A DNA stretch of 64,000 nucleotides from Eledone cirrhosa. Its lineage: Eukaryota. This document shows, piece after piece, positions 29,387 through 51,173 of this stretch; position 1 is the first letter of the stretch; each line of letters begins with the position of its first letter. The notes beneath the pieces were generated by a model. That model saw only the letters and a program-made list of their open reading frames with translations. It made no database searches and was not told the origin of the DNA. The DNA lies in the NCBI GenBank assembly GCA_964016885.1, contig OZ024743.1, positions 79,422,001-79,486,000 on the forward strand, in the 5' to 3' direction. The translations under genes and the position numbers were made by a program.

Positions 29387-29686
29387 TAGATATATATGTG
29401 CGTGAGAGAGAGTGTGTGTATATATATGTGTGTGTGTGTGTGTGTGTATGTGTGTATGCGTGTATTTATATGTATATATATGTGTGTATATATGCGTATA
29501 TATGTTGGTATATATGTGTATATTTATGTATATGTCTGTGTATGTATGTGTATGTATGTATATATATGGAGAGATATGTATATATATATTTATATATATG
29601 CATGTGTATGTGTGTGTGTGTATATATGTGTATATGTGTGTGTGTGTATATATGTGTGTGTATATGTATGTATGTGTATATATGTG

Positions 29687-29743
<57 letters not shown>

Positions 29744-29882
29744 TATGTATGTATGTATATATATTTGTATATGTATGTATGTGTGTATGTGTGTATGTAT
29801 GTGTGTGTGTGTGTGTATATGTATATATGTGTATATATATTGTGTGTGTGTGTATGTGTATATATATGTGTATATGTATATT

Positions 29883-29923
<41 letters not shown>

Positions 29924-30119
29924 GTGTATATATATATATGTATATGGATATATATATATATATATTATATATATATATATATGTATATATATATGTGTAT
30001 ATATATGTATATATATATGTGTATATATGTATATGTATGTGTATATATATATTTATATGTATACACATGTATATCTGTGTGTATGTATGTATGTATGTGT
30101 GTGAGTGTATATATATGTG

Positions 30120-30226
<107 letters not shown>

Positions 30227-30803
30227 GTGTGTATATATATGTGTATATAAATATATTTATATATGTGTGTGGATTTTTTTTATGTGTGTATATGTGTATG
30301 TGTATGTGTGTTTATGGTTGCGCGCGAGTGTGTGATTGAGTGTGTTTTTTTGTGAATGTGTCTGTTGATTTTTGGCATATAGTTGATTAGTTTAAGAGAA
30401 GTTCGAAGATAATTGTAAGATATGCACTCAGTATTTTGAATCTGTCTACAGAATTCTCTAAACCTTTGTCACTTAGTAGAACCTTAATGAATTTAGCTTT
30501 AAAGAATCTCCCCTTCCTTTAATTCTATCTACCATGACTGACCCCCCACTGATCTTATAGACATCTGTTAGCTTAAGAGAAACTTAATGACAAGGAATGG
30601 TATGCCATCCGGAACCTGTTTATAGAATTCTGTCTGCCTTTGTTACTCTAAAAACAAAAATTAAAAATAAACTATAGCTTTGTAGAATTAGCTTTTAATG
30701 AATTCTCTTTTCTATCAACCAATGACCTACACCCATCCCACTCCCCACCCTCTCCTACCACTTGTAGAGACCTATAAATACCATATTTATTTTTTGATAC
30801 CCA

Positions 30804-30852
30804 GATTCCTGATGATTTCTAAAGAATGAAACAGTTCTAGTCCTGTAGAATC
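30804..30852 (+). ncRNA. Type I hammerhead ribozyme in Penelope pLTR
   Basis: GAUUC-CUGAUGA-UUUC-uaaa-GAAU-GAAACAG-uucuaguc-CUGUA-GAAUC; helices I and III fully paired. Confidence 0.9.
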
Positions 30853-30919
30853 TCATCTATATTAAAACTTATATATATATATATATATATATAAAAATAT
30901 ATATATACATATATATTCT

Positions 30920-31127
30920 AGTCGATCGACTTTCGTCAAATCGGACCGAGGAAACTATGTTTCCGTTGGTCTTTCCAATACTATCTATCGGTCGCAACTC
31001 CAGGTAGAAGGAGCAACGTGAAATAAAGTGTCTTGCTCAAGGACATAACGCATCGCCTGGTTCAGGAATCGAACTCACAACCTCACGATTGTGAATCCAA
31101 TACTCTAACCACTCAACCACACGCCTT
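30920..31127 (-). mobile_element. tRNA-derived SINE, family S2
   Basis: Minus strand GGCGTGTGGTTGAGTGG (A box), GAGTTCGATTCC (B box), gtccttgagcaagacactt; relatives at 49722-49990, 60900-61010, 61120-61310. Confidence 0.8.
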
Positions 31128-31128
31128 C

Positions 31129-31167
<39 letters not shown>

Positions 31168-31175
31168 TGTATATG

Positions 31176-33704
<2,529 letters not shown>

Positions 33705-34008
33705 TGAAGAAACAGGGAGCTGTGTGTTTACTTGATAAGGTTTATTTAAAAATAAAAGGAAAGCACAAACGAGGGACAATACCTTCTTCAGTTATCTGCT
33801 GCAGATCACGGACATTTCAACACATTAAAGACAATATTTCTAACTCCAGTGCGTCAATAACTTGTGGAGGTTATTGGGGAAGGAAAAAAAGGAAAGAGAA
33901 AGATGCGTGTGTGTTTGTGTTTGTGTTTGTGTGTTTGTGTTTGTGTGTATGCGTGTGTATGTATATGTATATGTCTGTGTGTATGCATATATATATATGT
34001 GTCTGTAT

Positions 34009-34041
<33 letters not shown>

Positions 34042-34118
34042 AGTGTTTGTGTTTGTGTGTATGTGTGTGTATGCATATATATATATATATATATGTGTGT
34101 GTGTATGTGTGTGTGTGT

Positions 34119-34173
<55 letters not shown>

Positions 34174-34453
34174 CAACTTCATCCTTTTGTTCCAGGAGTA
34201 GCTGAGAGAAAACAACCAACAATATTGTTTCGAAGTGTTTTGCTCCTTAACAAGATTGTGCATTCTCCTGTTTGCCATCCCCTGGAACTGCTGAGAATAT
34301 TTAGTATTTTCAGATGTGTACATCGGCTGATTAACCTCATTTGCATACCGAACGATTTTACGGCCGGCTTTGACGAAAACTAAAAGCATAATTTGTTTTC
34401 GCTCTTAACATGGTGGATACCTGCATGTATTTGGGAGTGAATAATAATGTTAG

Positions 34454-34620
34454 AATAATTGTTTCTAGTTTTGGCACAAGGCCAGCAATTACCCCAGTGT
34501 ATTACTGGTACTTTATTTTATCGACCCTGGCGGGATTTGAACTCAGAACATAAAGGCCCGTAATTCTATGCTGTTAAGCATCGTCCCTGACGCTCTACTG
34601 ATACTGCCAATTCACGACCC
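34454..34620 (-). mobile_element. SINE S1 with internal deletion
   Basis: Lacks the segment between gaccc and ggcgggatttgaac. Confidence 0.85.
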
Positions 34621-35449
34621 TTATAATAATATCATAATAATATCAAAATAATACTAATATTCGGTTTGTTTGAAGAAGAAGCCAGAGGCACCGATTTTAT
34701 CTCTTTATTTTCAGGTGATGTACTTTGGTTTATAACATCCTTTCTTTCGTCTTTATTTGTGTAATTAGTGGAGTAACTCGTCCTGTGTCTCCCTCTTCTG
34801 TTGCCTCACAATATACACAGGAATAAATAGTATCAATCTTCCAGAGGTTGACTGATGAGGAAGGACTGGCCATTTTTCTCTTGTTCTTTCCGTTGCCTTG
34901 GTCATGTGCCCGCACTGTTTTGGGAACACACACATATATATATATATGTACACACAAACACATGAACATGTATGTACATGTGTATATATATATGTATATA
35001 AAAATGCATATGTATGTGTATATATACTTTGCTGAGATCGCACGGAAAAACCAAGTTCCTAGTTATATTGACCATAAGACTTAAGTCCAATCGGTTCGTT
35101 GTAACTTCTTCTATTTTCTCCTCGGTTACTCACTTGCATGTGCATTGTCCTATGTTCCCCCTCCATTCGGTTAGTTTACTTCGTTTTTTCCTCTTTTCTT
35201 TTTTTCTCTTTCTTCCTCTCTCTTCACTACCTTATCTTTTCTTGCCCTCGGGGCCTTTTGATTGATAAAAGACCTTGGGCGCGCTGCTGATCAATTTAGA
35301 TGTCCTGTATTAATTGCCACAACGTCTATGATCTGCAGTTACCAGCTGATGAAGAGTTTCTTCTCTTGTTTCGTCCATATTACCATCTTAAACTTTGTTT
35401 ACAGTAACCACACAGTCAGCTTCATTTCTTGTAATTATATATATATATA

Positions 35450-36022
35450 TATTGGTAGAACACTGGAAGGTAATATCCGTAGTGGTAGAGCACTCAGTCA
35501 ATGGGACGAGTTAGGTAGAAGTGGTTACACAACAGTTAGTTCACCATACAGAGAACAATTGTTTCACCTTAGCAGATCCTCGGCTCGTAATGGACATGGT
35601 TATACGGAACAGGGGGACAACCGTACGAACGCGCATGCGCAGAAACCGTCACCCCACACAGGCAATACGAAAAAGCGTCCGAGAGGTGTAAGGGAGATAA
35701 CTGCGAAAGTCCGAAAAGTTTCTAGTTGATAAGAAAATTAGGACGTTGTGGTTCAATCCGGAGCTTTGTAGTTATGTAAGAGGTGTCGAGACGTGTGGAC
35801 AACGTGTGAAGAGTTTATTTCTCGTGTTTAGGCAATCACTATTGCATAATCTCTTTAGAATATTTATTCGTTCATCAATACATAGTCCACACGACGGATT
35901 TCCCCTTGCCTATGGCTTGGACTTAGTGATGGCTATCCATTGATGGAGTAGTCTATACTTGAGTCCTTGAGGGACCATACGTGGCTCGCGAGTTTCGTGG
36001 ATGAATGTCTGCCCGGGTACCT
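35450..36022 (-). mobile_element. Penelope-like 3' fragment: decayed GIY-YIG tail plus family L pLTR with HHR (35551-35587)
   Basis: STKLASHVWSLKD..., CGLCIDERINIL..LNTRNKLFTRCPH; then GAG-CCGAGGA-..-GAAAC-aauu-GUU-CUC. Confidence 0.8.
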
Positions 36023-36025
36023 ATG

Positions 36026-36056
<31 letters not shown>

Positions 36057-36169
36057 GTGTGTGTGTGTGTGTATGCGTGTGTATTTATATATATATATAT
36101 ATAGGAGACCGTGATAACCACCGTCCTGAGGAACCTCCCGGCTCGAGACAGACTTTAGACTATATATTT

Positions 36170-36365
36170 ATAGGAAAAGAGTCAGGACCCCGACGGCTGA
36201 GCTGCACCCGTTTCGACAGCTAGATTATCTAACTGTCGAAACGGCCGGAGCTCAGCCGTCGGGATCTTGATTCTTTTCCTATTACCCACTCTACTACCCT
36301 ATGTATCGAGTACTCTGGTGTGTAATGGTCCACTCTGGTGGTTTCTTACCACAATTTCTTTCTTA
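36170..36365. mobile_element. Fold-back element family E
   Basis: Hairpin centred near 36227; homologous to 14022-14177. Confidence 0.8.
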
Positions 36366-36376
36366 TATATATATAT

Positions 36377-36450
<74 letters not shown>

Positions 36451-36570
36451 AAAAAAATGAAATTAAAAAAAACGGTTAATTCATAGTAAAACACATTATT
36501 TTACGATTGTTTCTGGGGCGGGAGGGTGGGGGTAGTTCCCCGTATGTCCATTGATTGGTAGATTTATCTG

Positions 36571-36612
<42 letters not shown>

Positions 36613-36712
36613 AAATATGTGTATATATCTATGTATATATGTGTATGATTGTGTATTTATACGTATCTCTATATTCATATATATATATATGTTTCTATAT
36701 GTATTATTTATA

Positions 36713-36743
<31 letters not shown>

Positions 36744-36873
36744 GTATGTGTGTGTGTGTATAAATTCATATAAATATACCTATATATATATATATACAAA
36801 TATACATATATATAGTGTTTGTTTTTAATGGTGGCTTGGTTTCATGACATATTAATGATATGAAACGAACTCA

Positions 36874-36926
<53 letters not shown>

Positions 36927-36934
36927 CACACACG

Positions 36935-36972
<38 letters not shown>

Positions 36973-37031
36973 CATACATACACACATATACATTATCCCA
37001 CGGTAAACATGAAATGGGATTTCGTTGCCGC

Positions 37032-37065
<34 letters not shown>

Positions 37066-37069
37066 ACTG

Positions 37070-37123
<54 letters not shown>

Positions 37124-37349
37124 TTACTAATACCACCAGCACCACCACCAGCACCACCACGTGATCTCTATTTGCACATGGTGTAAGAAAGTATGTTGCT
37201 TGTTTACTGAAAAACCAGGTAAACACACAAGCCAGCAAGCACGAACTCATATACACCTTTGCTTTCAATGTCAGAATATAGAAATTAGCTGAGAGCAAAG
37301 ACTCCAGCTTACACAATTTATAATTACTTGGCGAGAAAAACAAACAAAC

Positions 37350-37414
37350 AAGATTTCTAATCATTAAGTTGTATGGAGACCATATTATTTTTGTACATCT
37401 GTGTTCTCGTAAAA
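37350..37414 (-). CDS. Candidate internal exon (xLREHRCTKIIWSPYNLMIRNL)
   Basis: Strong acceptor ttttcgtttcttttcttcAG; open frame; donor GTTTGT is uncertain. Confidence 0.45.
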
Positions 37415-37578
37415 CTGAAGAAAAGAAACGAAAAAAAAAAAAAATACGAAAAGAAATTCAGAAAATAAATGTTTCGTTTCGTTTATTTTTAAAAATATAT
37501 TTGATAGAGTAATGGTGGAATGTTGAATAAAATAACTTGAAAGAAGCACACACATATACATACGTGTGTATAGAGAAA

Positions 37579-37649
<71 letters not shown>

Positions 37650-37856
37650 TAATTCAGCAAGCCAGCCATCTATACTAATATACTTAGGTACCTACATACA
37701 TAAATAGATACGTATATTCATATGAACATACATCCATACCTACGTATATAGATATGAATGTACATGAATACATACATACACACATACAACCATACATACA
37801 TACACACGTACAAACATACATACATACACACATACAAACACACAACCATACATACA

Positions 37857-37888
<32 letters not shown>

Positions 37889-38104
37889 CACATACAAACA
37901 TACATACATACACACATACAAACATACAACCATGCATATACATGGTTGTGCATCTGTAGGTTTGCATATATAATATATAATTGCAGATATATTTAAATAC
38001 ATATAAACACACATACGTATCCATATAGAAGGCTTTGCACCTGTGTATGTATATATACATATGTGTGTGTGTACTTGTGTGTGCGCGTGAGTGTAACATA
38101 TATA

Positions 38105-38163
<59 letters not shown>

Positions 38164-38280
38164 TACACACACACACAACAAACACAAACATATATGTGTG
38201 TGTGTGTAAGTGTGTGTGTGTATACACGTCTATAGGTAATTGAAAATATAGACAAGATAAATTGATACGAACTTGTGAAA

Positions 38281-38354
<74 letters not shown>

Positions 38355-38899
38355 ATGTATAAATGTGTGTGTATATATATATGTCTACATTTGTATAGGT
38401 ATATTGTGTGTGTATATATATATGTCTACATTTGTATAGGTATATTGTGTGTTTATTTAAAAAAAAAAATTATTTTCAACTCTGTATTTATAGTTCTACA
38501 ATTTAGTTTCACATTTTATATTATAAAGTTGAATAGTTTAGAATATTTTCTTCTGTCAATATCTTTTGCTTACTTACATCTGTCTTCTTTAGAATTTAAA
38601 CAACTTCTAAGAAATATTTTCTTCACGATTTATTTTTTTAAAATTTTCGTGGAAGGGGTGGGAAGGCGGGCAGGCTGATTGAAATAGTTTTATTCAATTT
38701 ATCAATTTAGCGTTATGCTCCTTCGGTATCATGGAGGCCATATTGGTGATGATGATGATGATGATGATGATGGTTATCATGATCATTATCACCATCAATC
38801 TCGTAGTCATCCTCATCGTCGCCATCATCATCAACGTTAGCATGGTGGCCGTCGTTATCACCGGCACCCACATCTGCACTATCATAATCATATATATAC

Positions 38900-38959
<60 letters not shown>

Positions 38960-39083
38960 TACATATATATATATACATATATATATAATATGTATATGTA
39001 TATATATATGAATATATATATGAATATATATAGTATATATATATATATGTGTGTGTGTGTCTGTGTGTGTGTAAATGCGTATG

Positions 39084-39129
<46 letters not shown>

Positions 39130-39140
39130 CATACGCATTT

Positions 39141-39175
<35 letters not shown>

Positions 39176-39465
39176 CATGTATATGTATAAATATATATAT
39201 ATATATATATATGTATTTATGAATATAAATGTATATATATTTGTGTGTGTGTATATAGATATACGTATACCCCCCCACACACACATATATGTATATATAT
39301 ATATATATGTGTATGTGTGTGTGTTTATAAATGGCCGCCATCGACATCACCATCCTCGCCACAGTCATTACTGACATCATCATCAACATCATCACCATTA
39401 ACATCAACACACGCTCTCTGTGACTCATCCATATTGAATTCTTGCATGTGTCTCTAAAATGTTCA

Positions 39466-39505
<40 letters not shown>

Positions 39506-39572
39506 TGTGTGCGTGTGTGCGTGTCTGTGTGTGTGTATAGATATAGATATATAGATATATGTATATATATCT

Positions 39573-39648
<76 letters not shown>

Positions 39649-39974
39649 AGATATAAATATATACATATATCTCTCTCTCTATATATATATCTATACACAC
39701 ACACAGACACGCACACACGCAAACACACATACACACACACACACACACACATAAACACAAACACACACACACGCACACACACACACACCACACCACATAC
39801 ACACACACACACTGACACATACACACACACACACACACATACACACACCCACAGATACACACACAGACACACACACAGACACAGTTCCATTCTTTTTCTT
39901 CAGTTCCATTCTTCCAAGTAAATATTTATTTTACATCCTCTTTTGTTATAATGTTACAACTGCTGATAGTTCCG

Positions 39975-43910
<3,936 letters not shown>

Positions 43911-44947
43911 TACACTGATGCACGCACAACATAAATTGGTTTTTCAGAGTGAATTTATTGCAAATCTTGAAAAGATTGTCAATATTTTTCATTTTCCTCC
44001 ACGATAGCATGTTAGATTTTCTTGAAAAATTCAACCATTTACTCATTAAACGGCTTTACTTGCGATTTGCCGAAAAAGCTTTCCTTTGATATGAAATCAT
44101 TTAAACTGAACATTGTACAACATGTTGTATAGCTTCTCACAATATACACACTGTTGTTGCAATGTTAGAACAGAAATATAATTATTTTTAAGATCAACAA
44201 GATGCTTGAAATTATTTTGGCGTAATAGCTTCCCGATTCTGGGTTACACGTTTTCCGCCTTATTCAAACAGCATCTCTTTCAGAAATTTTCAATATTCTC
44301 ACTTTTATCAAAACCCCTAATTTGAAAGAATCAGAGTTCAAGGTTAAATGTTTTATATAATATATGTAAGACGGTCAATTGCCGTAACCTGGACGTAAAT
44401 ATATCCAGATTAAACCAAAGCTATCCATGATTTTCAACCAATCATTATCCATACACATATGTCTTCATTTACCAGATCCAAACCAGTGAAGGAGGAATTA
44501 AATTAGAGATATCCTTTAGAACTATGTCCCCACCTCCGGGCAAAACAACCACCGTTCTACACCAATCACTAGTATGGGGAGATATCGCCGTATTACGTAG
44601 TTTCTATATATTTCTATAATCTGTAGCGACTATACCTCTATTACGTAACAGAGCCCCACATAACTAGTACAGACATTAGGAACTAGCACTGGCTTAAATC
44701 CCTGACTAAACTTACTCAGTATACAGTCACACATCGTCACTAACCTCACGCCACGCTACCAGAAGCGGAACTGACCAACCTCGCTAATATCTTGTAATTA
44801 GCCGGCAAACTAAACGAAACTCTCTTAACGAACCAATAAACTCGAGAAGGAAATAAGTGAAGTCATAATCCCATCCAATAAATAGCCGAGTAAATACGAC
44901 TATAAACCTACACTAAATATTATGAAAACAATAAAGGAAAGTAATAA

Positions 44948-45126
44948 ATTGTTTCTACTTTTGGCACAAGGCCAGAAATTAACCTAGTGCATTACTGGTA
45001 CTTTATTTTATCGACCCCGTAAGGATGAAAGGCAAAGTTAACCTCGGCGGGATTTGAACTAAGATCATAAAGAGACGTAACTATGCTAGAAAGCATGTCC
45101 GACCCTCTACCGATACTGCCAATCCA
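44948..45126 (-). mobile_element. SINE S1
   Basis: Full-length reverse copy. Confidence 0.9.
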
Positions 45127-45604
45127 AGATATAACGCACGAACAGTAGATATTTACTTAATAAAGACCTACCCTGTACACACCATGTCTTGGTTCCTTAG
45201 GCTTACCCTTTCCATCCTGTTCATTCGTTGGTTCCTTAGTTCTATATCGTACACGCTGGTCAATTGCTGGTTATTTAGGCTTACCCTATCCACGCTGGTC
45301 AATTGCTGGTTGGACAGGGTATGTAATTTGAAAACATACGCCAAGAGAAAGAACACACAATACCACAATGCATTTCGTGTCCTTAACTATTTCACGAATA
45401 TACAGCCCTGGGATGGTAGGTACTCTGATACCCCGGTGGCGGATATGTGGTTGGGTGGGGGACTTAATCTTGTATTTGGTAAAACCGAATTGATTATTTG
45501 ATAAAATTGGTCAGCAGCACCACCACAATACCAACACCGCCATCACCACCACTACTACCACCACTACCACTACTACTACTACCCACTATTACAGCCACCA
45601 ATAT

Positions 45605-45643
<39 letters not shown>

Positions 45644-45660
45644 GACTGCTGCTGCTGCTG

Positions 45661-45742
<82 letters not shown>

Positions 45743-45759
45743 GACTGCTGCTGCTGCTG

Positions 45760-45847
<88 letters not shown>

Positions 45848-45852
45848 ATTAC

Positions 45853-46066
45853 CCAGTATACTTATATCTAAACATAAAGACCCAAAGTTCAATAATATCT
45901 TCCATCAAACATCGCAGAGTTAGATTATTATGATCTGGAGATTCCAATCTGAGAAACGGCGCTAACTTTTCATTTCCCAGATAAAATATTCTCTTATTAG
46001 ATGGCAGATATCCAGCAGGAATCTCCAGATAATGAACACTCCATAATGAGATGTAATAGTTGCCAA
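45853..46066 (-). CDS. Candidate 214-nt exon (xGNYYISLWSVHYLEIPAGYLPSNKRIFYLGNEKLAPFLRLESPDHNNLTLRCLMEDIIELWVFMFRYKYTG)
   Basis: About 70 open, protein-like codons in AT-rich unique DNA, bounded by ctttaactAG and GTAATG, with stops just outside both sites. Confidence 0.6.
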
Positions 46067-46267
46067 CTAGTTAAAGATTACTTAATTAGTATAATAGACA
46101 ATTAGTAATTAAACGTTTCTAAGATCGAATGTCATCAATTCCCTTTCTTCTGGTCTCAAAACGTAGTCATGTGACCAATTAATCATTTTATATTTATGAT
46201 ATAATAAAATGATTTATGTATAATTGGTGAGTGTATTGTAGTAGTTTGTGGTTGGTATTGCTGTTGT

Positions 46268-46308
<41 letters not shown>

Positions 46309-46323
46309 TATATATATATAGTG

Positions 46324-46354
<31 letters not shown>

Positions 46355-46428
46355 ATGTATATAAATATATATATATCAGTACAAATATTTGTATTATATA
46401 TATATAATATCCATATGTATAAATATAT

Positions 46429-46514
<86 letters not shown>

Positions 46515-46724
46515 TATATATATATGTTTGCGTGTGTGTATATGTATATATCTATGTTATGTAGATATAAATATGTATATATTATATATATATAAATATA
46601 TATATATGCATATATGATATATGTGTGTGTGTATAAGCATATATATGTGTATAAATGTATATGTATATGTGTACTTATATATTTATGCATTTATGTTTAT
46701 ATATATATATATATATATATATAT

Positions 46725-47135
46725 GCAAAAGTTTTATTTAAGATTGTTGGGTTACAACGAGTAAATATTTTATAACTGATATAAAAGCACTCGACAGTTT
46801 CTGGAGTAGGTTGACGATATTAAACAAATGGAAACTATATTTATAAAACCATATTTATTTCGTTATATATATTTCTGGGATATCATATTAAAAATATGTT
46901 ATGCCTTCCTCAGACAAAATACAATACATAAGCTGTTTTATAAATAATTAGTGACATACCTTATGAGAATGCAACTTGCATTCTCAAAAGGTATGTCACT
47001 AATTATTTATAAAACAGCTTATGTATTGTATTTTGTCTGAGGAAGGCATAACATATTTTTAATATGATATCCCAGAAATATATATAACGAAATAAATATG
47101 GTTTTATAAATATAGTTTCCATTTGTTTAATATCG
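46725..47135. mobile_element. Fold-back element, family D-related, HHRs at 46856-46921 (-) and 47029-47094 (+)
   Basis: Near-perfect palindrome of about 320 bp centred at 46975; core CUGAGGA..GAAAU-auau-AUA. Confidence 0.9.
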
Positions 47136-47264
47136 TATATATATATATATATATTTATTAGCTCTACGGTTCTTATATATTTGATATATATTTATCCTTA
47201 TCGAGCCCTCTTTGGATTTTAGTCTTCAAATTTATTATTATTACTATATATATATATATATCTC

Positions 47265-47800
47265 TTTAGGTTTGTTGGTTCACCACTGGATAGAACTGGT
47301 CATTCCGTATAGTCAATCCTGGTGTAATATTGTGAAGAGTACTCAACGCAGTGCAGTTCACCCATCTTCGTTTGTGTAGTTGGTGGTGCGAATACGGAGT
47401 TAATTATAAATGAAATAACAGGAGGCTGGACTGGTGTAAATCCTTGAAAGGCTTATTATACTATGATCATTTCAATGACCGGGTTCCATATGAATCCGGT
47501 GATATCATCAGGTATTGGAATATAACAAAGGAATATGTAAAAAGCCATGGGTCCGAAAAATCAGAGACAGAGGGGACGGCTGACCGACTAGCTTCTCAGC
47601 CAGCCGCCCTCAAAGTGTTGGCAACCGAAAAACTACCAATGAATATCTGGTGAGGAGGCGAAGGCTTACAATGTGCTACCACCACTCCGTCAAAGAAGAA
47701 GGGGAAGAAAGAAAGAATGGGAGAAAGAAGTGTAGTGTAAGGGTCAGACTACATTCATGTTAGAAAATGCCGCGAAAAAATGCTACCCAAAGAATCTATA
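47265..47800 (-). mobile_element. Family I element with HHR at 47457-47515
   Basis: Homologous to 21884-22490. Confidence 0.8.
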
Positions 47801-48894
47801 ATGTGTGTCTGTATGGTCTAATGTGTGAACCGTAGATTGGAACGTTAAACTTATGTTGCGAGTTATAGGATGAAATTAAATTAAATTAAAAATATTAAAT
47901 TACAAAATGGTAAATTGAAAAATAGAGGTAGCGAGATTTATTTACTTAATGAAATTACGGAGTCTTATATGAACAAATCTTTAGATATTAGGATGGGATA
48001 TAGAGTAAAGATTTCGATTGGGAGTCCCAGCCAGCACACCCACCACCATGAGTCAGCCAGTCTCGAGTGGTATCGTCCAGCGAAAGAAATGGAAATTAAT
48101 TTTTCAGAGTACTCTAGGAACGTAGCTAACTTTGGCCCCTGGATCGCTAGCGGGAACTCCACAATTTCGACAGGCCATCGTCTATACCACGAATACTATT
48201 AAATCACACATTAGGGGTTTATTTACGTGTCAGTTGAGGCATGATACAGCTAATAGTCATGCCCAAACCTGGAGTTTGTACAAGCATAATGTGGCAGGTA
48301 ATTTCATTTACCGAAAGAGGAGAAATTTATTTTTCCGAGCACTCAAGGAAGGCTGAACTTTCCGAGTGCCCAGCGCGCAGCCGGGAAAAGTCACCACACA
48401 AGTCGAAGGTAACAACCCAGTGAAAAGTGCAAATAGACCAAAATTATTTTAAAGTCCCAGTTAGTCCGGGTTATAGGTAGTGTGGATCTTAGGTGGGTAG
48501 GGGGCTGTGAAAGGTGCATCATGACCTGAGTAAGGAAAAGTTACACAAAAAAATACGAAAAAATAATATAAAGATAGAATACATTGATGAAAATACATTA
48601 ATAAAATAATAAAAAATAATAAAATATGCATTAATGAGATAGAAAAAAATAATTAATAAAGGTAAATAAGAATCAATATAGATCAAGTTGTAGTAAGATA
48701 ATACAAGTTATACATATAGAAATAGATATAGAGGATGGAGGAGATGGAATGGCAACAGGTTGTACCTAGTGTAAAGTTCAGTGCGAGTCACAAAATGTCC
48801 TGAGGTATAGAGTAGAGAATTCAGACCATACAATACATGTTTTAGTATAATACGTAGAGTTTTGTCGTAATCGGAATCATCCCGACAAGGAAAG

Positions 48895-49000
<106 letters not shown>

Positions 49001-49333
49001 AGTGTGTGTTGATATCGTTACTTCAATAATTTCAGTGTTGTTGTTGTTGTTAATGTTATTACTATGCCTGGTCAGTGTGGTGCAGTAATTGCTGATGTTT
49101 TCTGCCTCGATCTAACCCCATAGAAAGAAACTCTAGTCTCCTGCTACACCAGTCTATCAATTAACTCTAGTTGGCTGCCAGCTTTACCAACACTAAACTG
49201 GTGCAGGTTTAAACCTTCAGTATTAAATACTAAAACCTGGGCGTAGTCTGGTAGTCGAATGATTAAGACTTTCGTATCGAAATTATTACTTCCTGGGTTC
49301 GGTCTGGACAAATGATTCACAGAACCAACTTAA

Positions 49334-49520
49334 TAATTGTTTCTACTTTTGGCACAAGGCCAGCAATTACCCAGTACATTACTGGTACTTTATTTTATCG
49401 ACCCTGTAAGGATGAAAGGCAAAGTTAACCTCGGCGGGATTTGAGCTCAGACCTTAAAGGGACGTAACTCTTTGCTGCAAGCATGGCGACTGACCCTCTA
49501 CCGATACTGCCAATCCACCA
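49334..49520 (-). mobile_element. SINE S1
   Basis: Full-length reverse copy. Confidence 0.9.
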
Positions 49521-50210
49521 CTCTTAATAATGCAGTCATGGTGAATCTTCATTTGAATTACGTTAACGGTACATATATCTGTGGAATACTCAGCCATAAT
49601 TTCTAAATACAAGCTAAATAGTATCTTGAATTGAAACAACAACCTTGTCACTCTGAAACTTCTTTAGAACTACGTTGAGTATTCATATCTGTGGAATGCT
49701 GAGCCACTTATGTGAAGTAAACCTGTGTGGCTTAGTGTTTATATTGTTCGGTTCGTGATCTTTAAGTCATGAGTTCGATTCCCTACGGCGCATTGTGTCC
49801 TTCAGCAAGATACTTTATTTCACGTTACTCTAGTCCACTCAGTTCTGCCTCTAATTTAAAGGGCTAGCTCTGTCTCACACTACACCAAAGCGAGAATTAC
49901 GTTAAGATTGCAAGTGTTGGGGGAATGCTCAGCCACTTGCAAGTTATTACACGAGAAGGTTGTTTCATTGATCAAACACCTTGAGCAGTCTTAATCGGCA
50001 CCGATGGTAACCTAGTACAATGTGAAGGGGTCAAATAAGGAGCGGCCACATCTCACTTCCAACAATTGTTTCACCACTTCACACTGTGTACATGAACTCT
50101 TTCTACAGTACATTTTAGAAAGTATATGGTAAACTACACAATATTTTCTAAGCCATTTCTTGAATGTAAATAATTCGGTGTCCTGAAATCTTACCATTAC
50201 TGTATCTCAG

Positions 50211-50401
50211 GGCGGTGGATTGGCAGTATCGGTAGAGAGTCGGACACCATACTTTGCCGCATAGAGTTACGGCCCTTGCCATTCTGAGTTCAAATCCCGC
50301 CGAGGTTAACGTTGCCTTTCATCCTTACGGGGTCGATAAAATAAAGTACCAGTAATACACTGGGATAATTGCTGGCCTTGTGCCAAAAGTAGTAACAATT
50401 A
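50211..50401 (+). mobile_element. SINE S1
   Basis: Full-length copy. Confidence 0.9.
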
Positions 50402-50988
50402 TTGCATATTCTTGTTCTGAATAAGACGTTCGTATGAGAAGGTTGCCTAAATAATATCTAGCACACTAAATTATTTCAGCCATGTCTATATATATTGTCT
50501 GATAATCTACGCAATAGAAACCTTTACAGTAATAAATAATACACATGTAGACCTCATTACAGTACCTTCTCAGTGTTTTCTTTCTCTATTGAAAGTCTAC
50601 AATTTTCTCCCTTCTTTCTCTTCATATCCTGAAACCACCCCTGCAGTTATATCCCTTCTCCAACATTTCTTCAGTCGCTTTTATACAATTAATGATACAA
50701 AGTCTTGAAATTCTTGCATTCTTACACAGCCATATATCTGTGCTGGTGCCTATGATTCGTTTGGTCACTGTCTCCCCAATACTTTGAGAAAGTAGTGTGA
50801 CTACTTTAACATCAACAGATGATCTCCATGCTTAAATAAAAATGGAACCTGTTACATTTTCTTTCGTTACTTCAGAAACTCTGCTTCCATTATCATTGGT
50901 TCCCTTTCAAATTCCATTGGTGTAAAATCATCATCTGAGGGTTCTGGATATCTTCTGTACAACTCTTCCCTATATTATTACAAATCCC

Positions 50989-51173
50989 GGTGGATTGGCA
51001 GTATCGGTAGAGGGTCGAACGCCATGCTTTGCAGCAAAGAGTTACGGCCCTTTATGATCTGAGTTCAAATCCAGCCGAGGTTAACTTTGGTTTTCATCCT
51101 TACGGGGTCGATAAAATAAAGTACCAGTAATACACTGGGGTAAATGCTGGCCTTGTGCCAAAAGTAGAAACAA
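50989..51173 (+). mobile_element. SINE S1
   Basis: Full-length copy. Confidence 0.9.

Noticed and set aside
35347-35378. CUGAUGA-AGAG..CUCU hammerhead-like start
   Set aside because: No GAAA after helix II (reads UGUUUCGUC)
43930-44300. Possible hAT dimerisation-domain remnant
   Set aside because: Similarity too weak to support without an HMM search
47915-48420. Possible decayed Penelope coding region
   Set aside because: Only vague WY.P and NTIK resemblance; no diagnostic motif could be confirmed
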